Shown here: piece by piece, positions 13,101-26,802 of the stretch
Layout: each line of letters begins with the position of its first letter
Position numbering within the stretch: position 1 is the stretch's first letter
Assembly: GCA_015680685.1 (NCBI GenBank)
Contig: MNCI01000721.1
Span: forward strand, 186,001 to 250,000
From: Gnetum montanum
Lineage: Eukaryota; Plantae; Gnetophyta
Length of the DNA stretch: 64,000 nt
Direction of reading: 5' to 3'
The notes under the pieces: model-generated
Seen by the model: the letters and a program-made list of their open reading frames with translations, nothing else
Database searches by the model: none
Told to the model about the DNA's origin: nothing
Program-made: the position numbers and the translations under genes

Positions 13101-14830
13101 TAGATAATGACATAATAGTAGAGGTAGCTCCAAAATCAACTAAACAATTGTGAAGGTATTTATCTTTTAACTTCATTATCAAAAGAAAAGGAGGAGCTTC
13201 CTTGTCAGGAGTACAATCATAACTAGCTTTTATTTCCATGTCATTGTTGGACACATAGCTTAACTCTGACTCTCCAACTCTCTCTTTACCTTTAATAAAC
13301 TCTAAAACCTTTCTTTAATGATCACATATTTATAGTAACTGATATATGTTGATATTAGCCCTGACATGTTTAAGATCTTCAATCAAATCATATTCTCCAT
13401 CTCCACAAAAGATTTATTTCTTTATCCATTTATTAAAAGTCTAGTTTTAAGTACTTTGCTTCACTTAATCTTCTTTAATTTTATTTTTCTCTCTTTTACT
13501 TGGTTCTAAAATATTTCTCTTAGTAGATGGATAAGAAATAATGTTTGAAGGCATAGAAGTAGTTAATCTTTATTTTGATCAAAGATTATATCCATTTTCT
13601 TCATTGTTATTACACTCTTCATCTGATGATATATCTTCTTTGAAACTTGATAGCAAAGAAGTATCATTGGATCCATTAGAAGATTTGCTTACATAATGAA
13701 CACTAGATAGCTCATTATCTAATCCAATATCAAGGAATTTGGACATAACAACATCACTTTCATCCTCATCTTCTACTAACTTAGTATCTTGATGCTTATA
13801 TTTTCTATTTTTCTTTTCTTAATCTTAACTTTTTCCAAAGATTTCTATAGTTTCACCACTTTGTTGATTAAGTCCCTCATTAATTTTCTTTTTTTATATT
13901 CTTTGCTTTCTAACTTTTGTTCTATCTTAATATAAGATGGTCCTAGTAATGCTTTAAGTTGAGCAAAATCTTGCATAAGAATCATCATTTTCTCTTCTAT
14001 TTTTTGAGTTATGATAATCTCTTCATTGTTCAAATTTAGTTATTTTTCTACTTTTATAACTTCACTAAAGTAGTCATTCAATGTTATCAAGTTTGACATT
14101 CTTCTCAACTAGATTGAAATATTGGGATTCATAGCCTTAATATAAGTATCTCTAAGAACTTCATTTGATGGTCTATATTGTCTTTGAAAGAGTCCACAAA
14201 TTCATTGAAACTTAATATTGAAATCTCTAATTAACTCTTTAACTTCTTACTTACCTTGTACTAACCCATAGTATAGTTGTTGTTGATCTAATTGATTGCC
14301 AAATTGGGTCAAGAAAAGATTTTTCATATCATTCCAACTTGTGATACTATTGATTGGCAAGTTTGAATACAAAATTCAAGCAATCTTCTTTAAGTTTGCT
14401 ACAAACAACTTACAAGCTTGATTTAGATGTTGAACATTTGCATGAGCTAAAGCTAACTCAAATAGATGAATGTATTCTTCAGCTAGGTAAGCTTTTTTGG
14501 AAATAAAAGGTTTAGGAAAATATTTATAAACTACCTTAGGAATATCATTGTAGTTTTGAAATCCTAATAGTGTAACTCTTTGCCAAGGATTTTCCATCCT
14601 ATTATAAATCCTTTTGATTGTTGAACTCTTATACTTCTTTGATCATCTCTTATAGACTAATAAACCAGATAGAAGGGGTGATTTTCTTATCTTTTTAATT
14701 TTTACTCCACCTCTTGTTTGAAACTCAAAAACCTTTTTATGTTCTCCTTCTAATGAATAAGCAGTCTTATAATCAAGAATTTCTTTAGAATCATTAAAAT
14801 ATTCCAAACTATGAGTTTGTTTGGTCATGA
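10181..14830 (-). pseudogene. gag-pol: gag-pol polyprotein of element A (gag-PR-aRH-RT-RH-INT N-term)
   Basis: gag 14376-14597 (EEYIHLFELAL..ACKLFVANL); protease 13030-13254 (NCLVDFGATSTIMS); additional RNase H 12583-12720 (WELYLDDSCNAKGARVGIVLV); RT 11405-11620 (FLDGLLGYNQI..KTTFITKWGTF..FGLSN); RH 10668-10919 (LEKQAFIVIKAL..GKWLIKLQ); INT 10250-10652 (LEQFHD..GFYWPTMY..CYKC). Confidence 0.9.
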
Positions 14831-14933
14831 ACTCAACATAATATCTAGTTTCTTAAGCTCTCCTAGCAACAAAAAAAAAACTATTGGTGTGTTAGGACTA
14901 TCAGTCTTATGAACTTAGAGGAAAAAAATTCTA

Positions 14934-14950
14934 CCCTCCTTCTAGTGCCA
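14934..14950 (-). promoter_or_regulatory. Primer-binding site of element A (TGGCACTAGAAGGAGGG)
   Basis: TGG-initiated motif 7 nt inside the LTR end. The cognate tRNA was not identified. Confidence 0.6.
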
Positions 14951-17899
14951 AAAGAATTGTTGGAGATCATTTGGGACCAAACTACCAACAAGCTTCTTTG
15001 AATAGTGTTTAGGTATTTGCTGGTCTCTAGCAACACCAAGGCCTAGATACCTTCAGATAAATTTAGTAGTTATTAAATGAACTATTTTTGAGTATGTGTT
15101 TGTTGTTGTGAATGTTAAAATGGCTTGGTTGTGTATAAAACTATAATCAAAATTCATAAAAGAGATAAAGCTAACTTTGTCAAATACTGTGAGTTATTGA
15201 AGGTTCTAATTTTATCCAATCACTTAGTCTATATAGTCCTTATAATACCTACTTGTAAAAAATAAAATTTCAGAAAAACATTTGAGCACAATTCTTCCAA
15301 TCTACTCCTAATTTCCCCTAGATAAAGTTTCACAAGAAAATTAGAAATAGAGCAAGATTCAATGGACTTAGAAAGAGAGAAAATAAAATAGAATTGCATG
15401 AAATCTCAAATATTTAAGCAAATAAATTGACATGAGAAAAGAATTTTGTAATAAAGCTATTTCCAATTCAATGACTAAAAATTGTTCAAAACTTTCTGAG
15501 CTTAATAAACAATTTCATAAAGACAATCTTATTATACTACCAAGAATCGTTGCATAAATGAAAAAGTATGAGTCTATATTTTGGCTAGTTAATAGATGTC
15601 AAAGATTTCATTCAATAGAGGTTTAAAAAAAAGAGTTGACAATTTCTTGATTGAAATATCAAGGTAATACACTTTAAAAATAAGGAAGCTATGTTAGTCC
15701 CATCAAAATACCAAAAATTTTCCTAGATTCTCTATGCTCAAAACAAGTAATTTCATTAAGACATCACTATTAAATTGCTCTTGAGGCTTTCAACAACTTG
15801 AGCTCTTCTATGGAAAATCTTAATAGGAGTTTAATATTACACAAAACCATAGCTCTAAAGCAACCTAGGACAAATCTAAAAATTAAATGTTAAGCATGAT
15901 ACTATCTAAACCATTAGCTAAGAAACTAAAAACAATGGGAAGAAAAGAACTCACAAGATTAAAAAAAATTAGCCAAATTGATGTCTTTCATAAGCCATCT
16001 TACAAAAAATCTGCAATTATCTTTTTTAAAATCTTCTTCCTTCCCCTCCCTCCACCTCCCAAAAAAAATCTTTTTCTAAATCTTCTCTAAATCTTCTCTA
16101 AATCTTCCCCTAAAATCTAGCTTTGAAGGTCCTTTTATAGTGACCTTAAGGTAGTTACAATAAACATGAAAAGTTATGGGTCTTACAAATATCTTAGGCA
16201 TATAAATTTATAACCACCTTAGGAGTTATAGCTTTCATGGGGGATTATGAGAAATTTGAACTATGGTTGCTAACTATTTCCTTGGTAACAAATATCATAA
16301 AAGTTATCATAGGAAGCTACAAAAATTGAAAAAATACATGGTACAATTGGCAAGTATTATTCAAATACAAATATTTAGTTTGGGATTTATACAACTTAAT
16401 CATGTAAACATTTACTTTAAACAAGTAAAGTTCTAAAGATCCACTTGTTTAAATCACAACTTTGATAGTTGTGTGTGTATTACTTTTCCAAACTCATGCC
16501 ACCACTTATAGCCACCATAGTATACATAATGTTTTTATTAATACTTCACCATAGCCTTGAGCTTCAAATAGGAATCATGGTTTTTTGGATGTAGTTTAGG
16601 TGCAAGGGTTTGCTACTACTATATTGCCACTGTGTTCCCATTCTTGCATTGCCATCACCACCATGTTGCTCATTGCCTTGCTGTTATGTTTCCCATTAAC
16701 AAGAGTGTTGTCATTATGATGGGCAAACACATGTTGGATTTTTGGCTTCATCCAACATCCCTAACATGTTTTTGTGTGTTTTGGTGATTGTAGATTTGTT
16801 TGAGAATGTTCAAAATTCCACTTGTTGGCTCGTTGCTATCCTAGAAATTTCTACACTTCTAGCTCAATTTCTATTGGTGGAAACTGCATTTCCTACCATT
16901 ATGGTTCTTGCATTGGCACCACGTCCATCATTTCCATTGGCATCAAATTTTGAACCATCCATTTTACTTATTTTGGTTATTTCTTTAAGGGTTTATAATT
17001 GGCCCTCTTTTGCCAAACTGAATCACTATTGAATGTTTAATCACCTTTCTATGTTTTTTGGTTTACCTTGGCCATAATTATAATGCTACCATGCATCAAA
17101 GTTATCTCTTTTTTTCTTGAAAATTGTAGTTGTCATCATTAAGTTTTTGCATGTAGGTACATGCAAACTTTGTTGGTTTTGATGATTGTGTAGGAAAATG
17201 AAATCATGATGTAGTGTTACTAGTAAAAGTCCATTGTTGTTTTTCTTCTTGGATTAATGTAATTTCTTAGACAAAAAAAATCCTCTTAATAATACAATGT
17301 TTAAGATGATGAGCTACATCAATTATTTTTGTCCTTGTTGGAGCAAGGATTTTGATTAATAACATTAACTCCTACTTTATTGATGTTCTAGTAACTTTGG
17401 ATATTATTTCATAACTCACTTACAGATATTAACTATTCTCCTCCCTGATTTCAACTATTTCTTTTATTTTCTAGAGCATCTAGCATTTAGTCACAGAGAA
17501 TTTTCCTTGATAAAGTTGCAAGTGCTTTCTCAATTGCAAACTTGTCAAATTTTTGTTAACTTAGCCATGTGTTTTTGTCAAATTGCTTATTTTAGGCTAA
17601 TTTTCTCTACCAAAATATTTAAATGTAAGGACTTGTAATAGGCTTATGCTAAATTTAACTTTAAGTAAAAGAAATTTTGATTGCTTATATATCAACCTTA
17701 AACTCTAAAATCTAGAGACACTAAGGACTGAGAAATAATTTATCTCCTACTACCAGTTACACTCCATATGAGTATAATAACCAAAAGAGTAGTACTAAAT
17801 AGATCATTTTCCCAAAACTTAGATAGGCAATGTTACTTATGGTCTTCAAATACATCTCTTTTTATTTTTATATATCATTTTGCCATATTTATTGATTCC

Positions 17900-18588
17900 A
17901 TATTCCTACTCCATAAAATGGATGAAATGTGCTAATGACTTCCTAAGACATTTCTCCTAAATTTTCTGATATGTTAATCTTATTTAGTTTAGCTTCATTA
18001 GCTTCCACTACTACTCCATCAAATGTTCTAATGTGACAATAATATCCTTGTGCAGGGTTCGATAATAATAATCAATCCTAGTAATTCTTCTAGTTGTGCT
18101 TTTTAGTGATGCATAATACTCACAATGATGATCATGAAATGTGCTACAACCTCTTCTATGGTAGCATTTGGAATATGCCTAAGATAAATTCCTTTAAAAT
18201 GTTTTCTAACCAAAGTTCTCTTAAAGAAGAAAAAACTTATCATTTTCTTTTTAAACGCTCTATTCTGATTGTCTCATAGATTGTGAGATACCAACCTAGT
18301 TTGTAGATCCTACACTATATCATCAAATCACTTTCTACTCTTAGCAAGGAATGTCTGCATAAGATTTCCATTTTTAACTTGAGAATCTTTTTCCACATTA
18401 GAAAAGAGACTAGCCAAATCAACACCCTTTATTATTTTGCAAGGTCTAAACTCAATATCAAAATGCTGGAGCTTAGCAATTCAACTACCTCACTTGGATG
18501 AAAATTCATTATGATACAAGATCTCTTTCACTACTAGTTCATGCAACAAAACCACTACACATGTTTTTCCAAAATAATACTTAAAATA
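17900..18588 (-). pseudogene. pol: Element E part 3: RH C-terminus and integrase zinc-finger remnant
   Basis: Minus-strand translation YFKYYFGK..IAKLQHFDIEFRPCKIIKG and ..TRIDYYYRTLHKD. It joins in frame with 26803+ when element B and one TSD copy are removed. Confidence 0.75.
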
Positions 18589-19475
18589 TTATGAGTGGTG
18601 AGGTACCCCTATGGCCACCCATATGAATCACAAGCATTTACACATGATCCAATCAAATTTTGTAGACCTTAAGTTCCTAAGTACATAGGTTCCAAAATGT
18701 GAAATCTAATCGTAACAATTGTTGCCTTCTCAACTACACTTGTAGAGCTTAATTGTATGGTTAAGTGTAATTGATGTACATGATTTTTATTATTCTATAT
18801 CTTATTCATCTATGATTAATAACAAGTTGAAAATTAATTGATTAACCAATTTGACTAATCTAATTCCTAATTAATAACTAACTATCCTAACATAAGTATT
18901 TGGTTCCACTTTCCATGCACATCTTGAACACATATAATGCTACTCTGTTACCAAATGTTAAGCATTACTAGGATTACCAAGTATCATACGCATGCTCAAA
19001 GTAGTTGTACTTATGTGCTTAATTAACTAGTATTTAATCTAGCTAGCTTAATTTAGCTTACTTACTTGGTAGTATTAAATGAAATTACACAAAACATTAA
19101 ATGCATGAATAGAATATTTAAGCTAGCCAAGGTGCTGCAAGCTTTGATCAAAAAGCTTGTCTTTATTTCCACACACACTACTATGTTTAGGTACAACAAT
19201 GCTCAAATAAAGATTTGTACACTCAATGACTCCTACTACAAGCACTTTGGAAAATATTCTAACTCTAGAGAAAAGAAACTACAAGAGCTATGCTATGCTA
19301 TGCCAAAAAAAACTATACACAAATCACTTTTCCAAGTGCTACATTTATAGGTCAACACACATCCTACAATATCAGATATTTGACATCACTTCTTAAGACT
19401 CGATATCGTGCACCTGATATCAAGGCTCCAATATTTGGTATTTCATATCGAAGCTAGGAAAAATACAATTTATCA
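18589..19475 (-). repeat. 3' LTR of element B
   Basis: Aligns by eye along its length with 25997-26797. It has extra gatatc palindromic units at ~19370-19450, and a PPT-like catttagtcatggggcta is adjacent (19476-19493). Confidence 0.9.
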
Positions 19476-19779
19476 TAGCCCCATGACTAAATGAAAACTC
19501 AACCTTGAGTGAACAAGAGGAGGAATAACTTCCTTATAAAATATTGGAAAGGTATGGGATTATTGATTGACATCCAAACTAACTCATACAGAATAGATAA
19601 AATCTAAGTGTTTAAGTGTATAGATTTACAATCTTTTACAAAATTGGATGTTCATGATAATAGAATTGAATAGATTAGATAAAGCTAACATTCAAATTCA
19701 TTGGTAGCTAAAGAGCAAGGAAGAAGATCCAACGATCATGAATGGTCCTCATTGCATGTGCTACTACATCTTCCTTGGT

Positions 19780-22700
19780 GAAGACAACTCATAGGAAGAA
19801 TAGCATATAGGAAGTTTCCATGTTGAGCAATAGGGCCAAAGGACATCATTGAGTTTCGTGCTTTAGTCTTTTCTATATTTGCTGATAGTTCTCATTAAGA
19901 TCTTTGTGATTTGCCTATTTGTAACCTTAGCTTAACCATTGGCTTGGGGGTGGTAGGGTATTCTTAGTTTATGTTCAACTTCCAAGCATTGCATAAGCTT
20001 CCAAAAGGTAGTGCCTATAAAGTGGGTCCCATTGTCAAAAATTAATGCATGTGGCACACCAAAACTATTTACAACATTCCATTATACAAACTAAGCAGTA
20101 GTGGAAGATGTATAATTAGTGATGACTACTACTTCTACCTATTTTGTAAAATAGTCAACAGTGACTATGATGTACGCCTTTCCATTTGACATGGGCATGA
20201 TGCGACCCATGAAATCAACACCCTAGATGTCAAAGGGTTTTATTAGTTGGATTCACTATTAAGGTTTCTCCATTCAAATAGACATTCAACCATCTTGTTG
20301 GAAATGTTCACAAGAATGGACAAATTGGTGAGAATGCTTGAAAATTGTTTTCCAAGAGTACCTTTCCATCAGGATTTTAATGGTCATGCATCTCCTAGCA
20401 TAGTGGCCCTCACAAGGACCATCATGAGCATCCTGGAAAACATGTAGTTGATCAAAATTAAGGTCACAACAACATATGAGGCCATTGGCACACACCTTGT
20501 AGAGATGTTTGTTGATTTGAATGAAGCATTTTACATGGTGAAGTAACTATTGTTTCTTTCAGTGATCTAATCCTTGTGGCATCTCTTGAGTGATAAGATA
20601 GGTGAGAATGATATCATCCCATTTAGACTCAGTGGAAAATTATTTAGTTATAGCCCTCGAAAAAAGGAATTCATTAGGAAATATATTAGATAGTGGGCTT
20701 TCCTCCTCTCTTTTTTTCCATTGTAACCAAGACAAGTGATCAGTGATCACATTCTCTATTCCCTTTCAATCTACCATCGTAAAATCAAATTCCTATAACC
20801 TCACTAGCCATTGCATGACACGAGGGCTTACCATTGGCTTATTCATTAGGAAGTGAATTCCACTATGGTCAATGTGCACAAATATGTTATACCTAAGCAC
20901 ATGGTGTTTGAACTTCTTTGAAGAAAATACCGCTGCCATTAATTATTTTCCTATGGTGGTGTAATTTAGTTGTACACCCACAATGCTTAAACTTGTGTAG
21001 TGGATGTAATATGGACATTTCTTATCATCCAACTGTATAATCATAGCTTCCAAGGCATAATGTGATGTGTTGTTCATAACATGAAATGGTCTAGACTAGT
21101 CAGGTGCCTATAGAATTCGAGTTTCTACAATTTTATTCTTTAGTTATTGGAATGTTTTTTCACATTCCTTCATCTACAAAAATGGAGCATCTTTCTTTGT
21201 TAGCTCAACCAATGGTTTCAAGATCTTAGAGAAATTTTCTATGAATCATCAGTAGTGGCTAGTGTGTCCAAGGAATGATTATACATCTTTTACCATTTCT
21301 AGTTAGAGGGTAATTCCTTGGATGATCCTTATTTCTTTTAGGGTTAAACTCAATTCCTTCTTATGAGATTTGATGCCCTAATACAATGCCTTCTTAGACC
21401 ATGAGATGGATCTTTTGTCAATTGGGCCATGGGTTTATTTCCATAAATCTTTCTAGTACTTACTCAAGGTGGTCCAAGGCTTACTTGAATGTCACTATTG
21501 GCACATTTAGCCATTTCATGGAATAGTTGGACTATCATATTCAAAATTGGAATAACGAATTTTTGAGAATTTAAAAGTAAACATATAGTTTAAAAGTTAT
21601 GGAATGATGGGATGATGAGTATGTTAGTATAACCTCATTATAGTTGGTGGAGATTCCATATTTCTATAACAAAGAGAATATGTATGTTCTAGATTACCCA
21701 AAAAAGAAATTTTCATGTTGCACAGCAGAGGGCATGTTTTCTTGGCTATGGATTCAAGTAAGTAGGGAAGAGCATCATAGTTAAAAAAAAATATTTTTTT
21801 TTGATTAGATCAAAAGGATACGTGGTGAAGTAACTCACAGTACTTGGCAAAGTTGGCTGAATCTCTTTAAGATAAGTCATTTGTAGTTTACACACAACAC
21901 AATCATTTCATTTTTTACAACTACACACCGCAATAGCACACACACATACTCACATTAACTACTGAGTCTATTTGGAGGTATCTGAGCCTTGGTGTTGCCA
22001 GAGACCAGCAAGCACCTAAATCTTGTTCGAGGACACTCATTGGCGGTCGAGTTCCAAACGGTCACCAATAGTAGCATCATAAGTGGAAAATTCATTCATA
22101 AAGACATCCAATTTTCTACCAATTTTCTGTTAAAAATGCTTAAGACTAGATGTTGGAATGTAGCAGGAGCATTGCATAGGCCAAAAAGATATTTTGTGAT
22201 ATGTAAAGGTCCCCTAGGGACTCATGAATGTTGTTTTAGCTTGGTCCTCTAGTGGGATTTGGATTTATTTATAGCCACTATAACCATATAAAAAACTATA
22301 ATAGGAATGCTTAGATATGGTGTTTAACACCTGATCAATGAATGAAAATGAAAAATGATCCTTAAATGTTGCCATATTTAATAGCCAGAAATTGATGCAG
22401 ACCCACCACTTGCCACCTTTCTTTTGTATAATCATGAGTGGACTAACCCACTCACTATATACAATGGGATAGATAAATCCCTCCTTGAGGAGTTGTTTAC
22501 CTCTATGGCTTCATGGCTAGATTAGTGTAGATATGATGTTGGTATATCCTAGGATCAATCCCTATGAATTCAAGATATGAATAAGCAAAGGCTATTAACC
22601 ATTTTTCAACCACATTTAACAACATCTAGTTTTATTCTAGAGCAAGATTTGCATTTATTATTACCAACTTTCCATTTTTAAGGAATGCATATTCCATGTC

Positions 22701-25340
22701 AGTAGATAGAGGTTTTAACTTAAGGGGCTCTTGCTTAAAATTTTTAGAAATTTCCAACTCTCTTGAATAGGTATCATCATTTGCATTATCAAAGCGTTGA
22801 TGATGAACTTTCTCTAGTTCATCCATGCCTATGACATAAGTGCATGTCAAGCTCTCAGTAGGTTCCATGCACATTATGCTACTTTCAAGATCAATGGTTA
22901 GCCATTGGGTATCCTTTTGTTTTGTGGCTACTATGTATAGGAAAATTTGAATATATACTTCAAGTGCACACTACCTAAATGAGGAAATGATGCTTATTTA
23001 ATGACCTAGAGTTTTTGCATGCAATTGCACCCTATATCACTATTCGCAATGCATGAAACTCACTTTTTTTAGATCTTTCCAAATGCATTTTCCTTAGATA
23101 TTTCCAAGGAAAGATCTCTAATGTCCATTCTTCCATTAACAATGCTTAGCCATGCCCTTCCTATGATTCTTAGGAAGTCCCCTTTATAGTTCTCAACCTT
23201 GATTACTAGGAAATTAGTAGGATAAGACCACCCATAGATAGTGGTCACAATGTCTTCTACTAGTTCCAATGGAACAATAATGGACTGGTCTACCAATTTC
23301 AATTGAATATTACTCTTCTTGAGGGATGGTAGGTTCTAGGAAGTATTTGGTCTAAAAAGGACACAAAGGAATTAAATAAAGAGAGAGATGGAGCAAGGTT
23401 GCTAGTTGCATGTGTATGTGAGGGCTTAGGTGGACTGTTGTGTTGGAAAAAAGGTATTTTCCATAATCTAGTATCCAAACCACTCATTTGATGAACTAGT
23501 TATAGATTGATGGCCCTGGTAACATTGCATTGCTATAGTTGGGCTGAAAGTTCACCTTGCATAGTTGGAGCAGGTGGTAGCTATGTTGAGGATGGAGAAA
23601 TAGGTGCAAGAACATGAGGAGGATAAGGATAGAAAGTGGTATCCTTTCTTGAATGTGGAGAATGAGTAAAATAATTTTCAAAAGGGTAGTAGTGATGTTG
23701 AAAAGTAGAAACATGATTGGAAGAGTCTCATGGAGATAGAGGTTGTTGAACATAATACCCATATGGATCAGGTTGTATGTAAGGTTATTGTTGCCTTGGC
23801 AGTGATAACACCCATGATTGTGGTTGCTACCACTATTGAAACTACTCATATGGTTCTAGTGGAATTCCACTTGGATAATACTATTGTTGCTAGTAGAACT
23901 ACCTAGGATTTCCTTGAGGATAAGGCAATCTTTTGGGTGTTTTCCTTTTTGCTAGTCGTGGATTCAGAGCATACACCCCAGACTGCTATAACTATGACAC
24001 AATGAGGAAACATCCCTTAGGATATATATATATTGGCACAGGTCATACCCATCATCATCATTTGATTTAGTTCCTGCAACTTCCTCTACTATAGCAATCT
24101 TGTCCTTGCCCCTTTTATTAACACGTTCATCTTCTTTTTACCTTCTATGATCACGATCACTACCCTATTCTTTGGACTCTTTAGAAATTTTTAGGAAAAC
24201 TTTAAATTTGCTATCCATAGAGTCCCATAACTAAGCTACCTTAGTTGAAATTTTAAAAGTAAAATTTTAAATTAGCAAGGTTTTCTAGTTCACTAACTCA
24301 TAAAGTGATGATTCCTTCTCATTGTCACAAAATCGAACCTCCCTCTTATGAATGGAAGGATAGTAGTTGTATTCTTCTACACTTTTGCATTTTCTCAACT
24401 CTCCTTCTTCTTTTGCTATTTGCTTAATCAACTATTGAACCTGATGGACTCTTAATTATGAAAATTGCCCTTGGACATAAATGCTAAGAGTTCTCCTCAT
24501 TTCTAATCGAAGCCCATCTATGATATGGCTAAGTTGCTCCTATTGAGAATAATCATGGCTAAGAAATTTATGCAATAGAGAATAGTATTGGTCCATGGTA
24601 GCATCCAAGCATTCACGTGTTACTTGTTTCCATCCTTGGATATGCTTCCTCAATTTGGACACTCGGGAATACGTGTGATATTTTTCGTTGAATTGTTTGA
24701 GCAATGTAATCCACCATTTGATGGATTATAATTCTAAGTACCAATACTAACTTTTTACTTCTTTAATGAGTATCTTAAGAAATAACTTAAGCTTTTGCTA
24801 GTTATTTCCTATATTTTGCAAGGCATAGGAATTGTGGAAAGCTTGAAGATGATTTTGTGGATCTAAGTTATATCTTCCTTCGAACTTAGGGATATTATTC
24901 ATGTCTAGCCTCTTGATCCAACTATCTTTAATGTGCCGTGTAGGAATTCTCACTACCTCTACAATGTTTAGCATGCTTTAGATAGTGATAAAAGGCTCAT
25001 TGAGACCATGATTTTGGTGCCTATGATACCCTCTATTACCTAGAAATGGGCCTCTGTTGAATGCCTGCACCCTTGACCTTGACTTGCCTAATGGACCCTA
25101 TGATCATTTTGGTCTTGTCAGTCACCTCCATCATGATTGCACTCCCTGTAGTTGTGTTCAGAGATAGAAGAGAAGGATGATAATCAAGGTGAAGAGGAAG
25201 AAGGACTAGCATCATCATAGTGCCTACCACCCCATATTTAGTGATCATATTCATGATCATAATCAAATTTCTTGTTTGCATCCCTACCATAACTCTCCTT
25301 CTTGGATTCCCCTTTGTCATTAGATTTGTTCTTGCCAAAA
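19780..25340 (-). pseudogene. gag-pol: gag-pol of element B (fragmented)
   Basis: Protease region 23069-23302 (PLELVEDIVTTIYGWSYPTNFLVI..GRAWL); RT ~21300-22500; RH ~20700-21150; INT zinc finger 20286-20495 (QDAHDGPCEGHYA..HSCEHFQ); INT core ~19800-20250. Confidence 0.85.
21496..22070 (+). mobile_element. Solo LTR related to element A's LTR, inserted in B's RT
   Basis: The reverse complement of 21930-22070 matches 14958-15140 (tttaggt.tttgctggtctct.gcaacaccaagg..agatacct). Termini TATTGG..CCAATA, degenerate TSD gtcac/gtagc. The host RT is contiguous once it is removed. Confidence 0.75.
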
Positions 25341-25977
25341 CCTAGATTATGGATTGTGGACTACAAGTTTTGGTTTTAACCTCCTTCACTGAAGTCAAAT
25401 AGGGAATTTTCACTAAATGGAAAACCCACAAAGAGTTCTCCACCATCTTGTTAGTATGTCAAGCATGGGAAATCATTGAACCACTTTCCCTTTGCAAATT
25501 TGTAGCAATGCTGTAGTTGTTGATCCCTTAGACATTGTGCATTTGTGAAATGATAATCCCTAGCATCACTATCTTGCACAACATACTCAACATGAAGTCC
25601 TTGGAGACCTTATTGAAAAAGAGTTTGTTGGAGCATCGCAAGAATTGATTGATTGGGTGGTAACACAATGTTGTCATCCATGTTGCACTACCATAGTAGT
25701 TCATTTTGGTGTAACAAAAAGGTGAAGCTGCGTACAAACTCATTAGGATAAGAATATATCACTTTGTATTGTTGGGCACTTGCTGATTCACTCCTGTTAG
25801 ACTTGGGCAGAGAATCACTCCTATAAGAAGAAGACATGTTGTATTAGAAGATAAGAACTGTTGTGTGCTTTTTAAAATAGTTTTAGTATTTTAATGTATA
25901 ATATGACTTTAAGGTTCATTCCAACAATCTTTAATAATTTTCACTAAGTCTTAGATAGTGCACATAACAATTAAAGG

Positions 25978-25995
25978 TCCTCAGCAACGGTGCCA
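25978..25995 (-). promoter_or_regulatory. PBS of element B (TGGCACCGTTGCTGAGGA), tRNA-Asp type
   Basis: Matches the Athila-type PBS TGGCGCCGTTGCCGGGGA with three transitions; 1 nt from the LTR end. Confidence 0.8.
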
Positions 25996-25996
25996 A

Positions 25997-26797
25997 TGAT
26001 GAGCAGTGAGGTAGCCCTACATCCAACCATACAAATCACAAGTGTTCATGCACAATCTGGTCAAATTATGTGGACCTTAAGTTCCTAAGTAGATAGGTTC
26101 TAGAATGTGAAATCTAATAATGATAATCGTTGTCTTGTCAACTACACTTATGGAGCTTAATTGTACGGTTAAGTGTAATTGAGGCACATGATTTTTATTA
26201 TTCTATATTTTATTCATCTATGATTAAGAAGAAGTTAAAACTTAATTTATGAACCAATTTAACTAATCTAATTACTTATTAATAACTCACTATTCTAACA
26301 TAAGTATCCTATCTAACTTTTCGTGCATATCTTGAACACATATAATGCTGTGTTATTGGGATTACCAAGCATCATACACATGCTTGAAGCATTCATATTT
26401 ATGTGCTTAATTAACTGATATTTAATCTAGCTAGATCACTTTAGCTTAATTACTTGGTAGTATTAAATGAAATTGCATAAAACATTAAATTCATGAATAA
26501 AATATTTAAGCTATCTAAGGTGCTATAAGGTTTGATCAAAAAGCTCATCTTTATTACTACACACACTACCATGCTCAAGTATAATAGTGCTTGAATAAAG
26601 ATTCATACACTCAATGACACCTGCTATGAGCACTTTGGAAAATATTCTAACTCTAGAAAAAATAAATTGTAGGAGATTTACTATGCTATGACAAAAAGAA
26701 AAAGAAAAAACTATGCCCAACCCATGTGCCCAAGCACTATATTTATAGGTTGGCACACATCCTGTGATATCAAAGCTAAGAAAAATATGATTTATCA
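25997..26797 (-). repeat. 5' LTR of element B
   Basis: TGATGA...TTATCA termini (plus-strand reading); homologous to 18589-19475. Confidence 0.9.
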
Positions 26798-26802
26798 AAA
26801 TA

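Larger units (their letters stand above)
10181..16500 (-). mobile_element. Element A: decayed Ty3/Gypsy Tat-like LTR retrotransposon, 3'-truncated
   Basis: 5' LTR whose inner end (..CCAACA on minus) is at 14958, followed by PBS, gag, PR, aRH, RT, RH and INT zinc finger. The outer LTR boundary is only approximate. Confidence 0.85.
18589..26797 (-). mobile_element. Element B: two-LTR decayed Athila-like Ty3/Gypsy element nested in E
   Basis: Two homologous LTRs (18589-19475, 25997-26797), TSD AAATA (18584-18588 / 26798-26802), tRNA-Asp-type PBS and gag-PR-RT-RH-INT remnants collinear with element C. Confidence 0.92.

Noticed and set aside
17040-17200. Possible BED zinc finger / hAT transposase start
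   Set aside because: Only a weak AW*HY-like resemblance; no TIRs or further transposase motifs.
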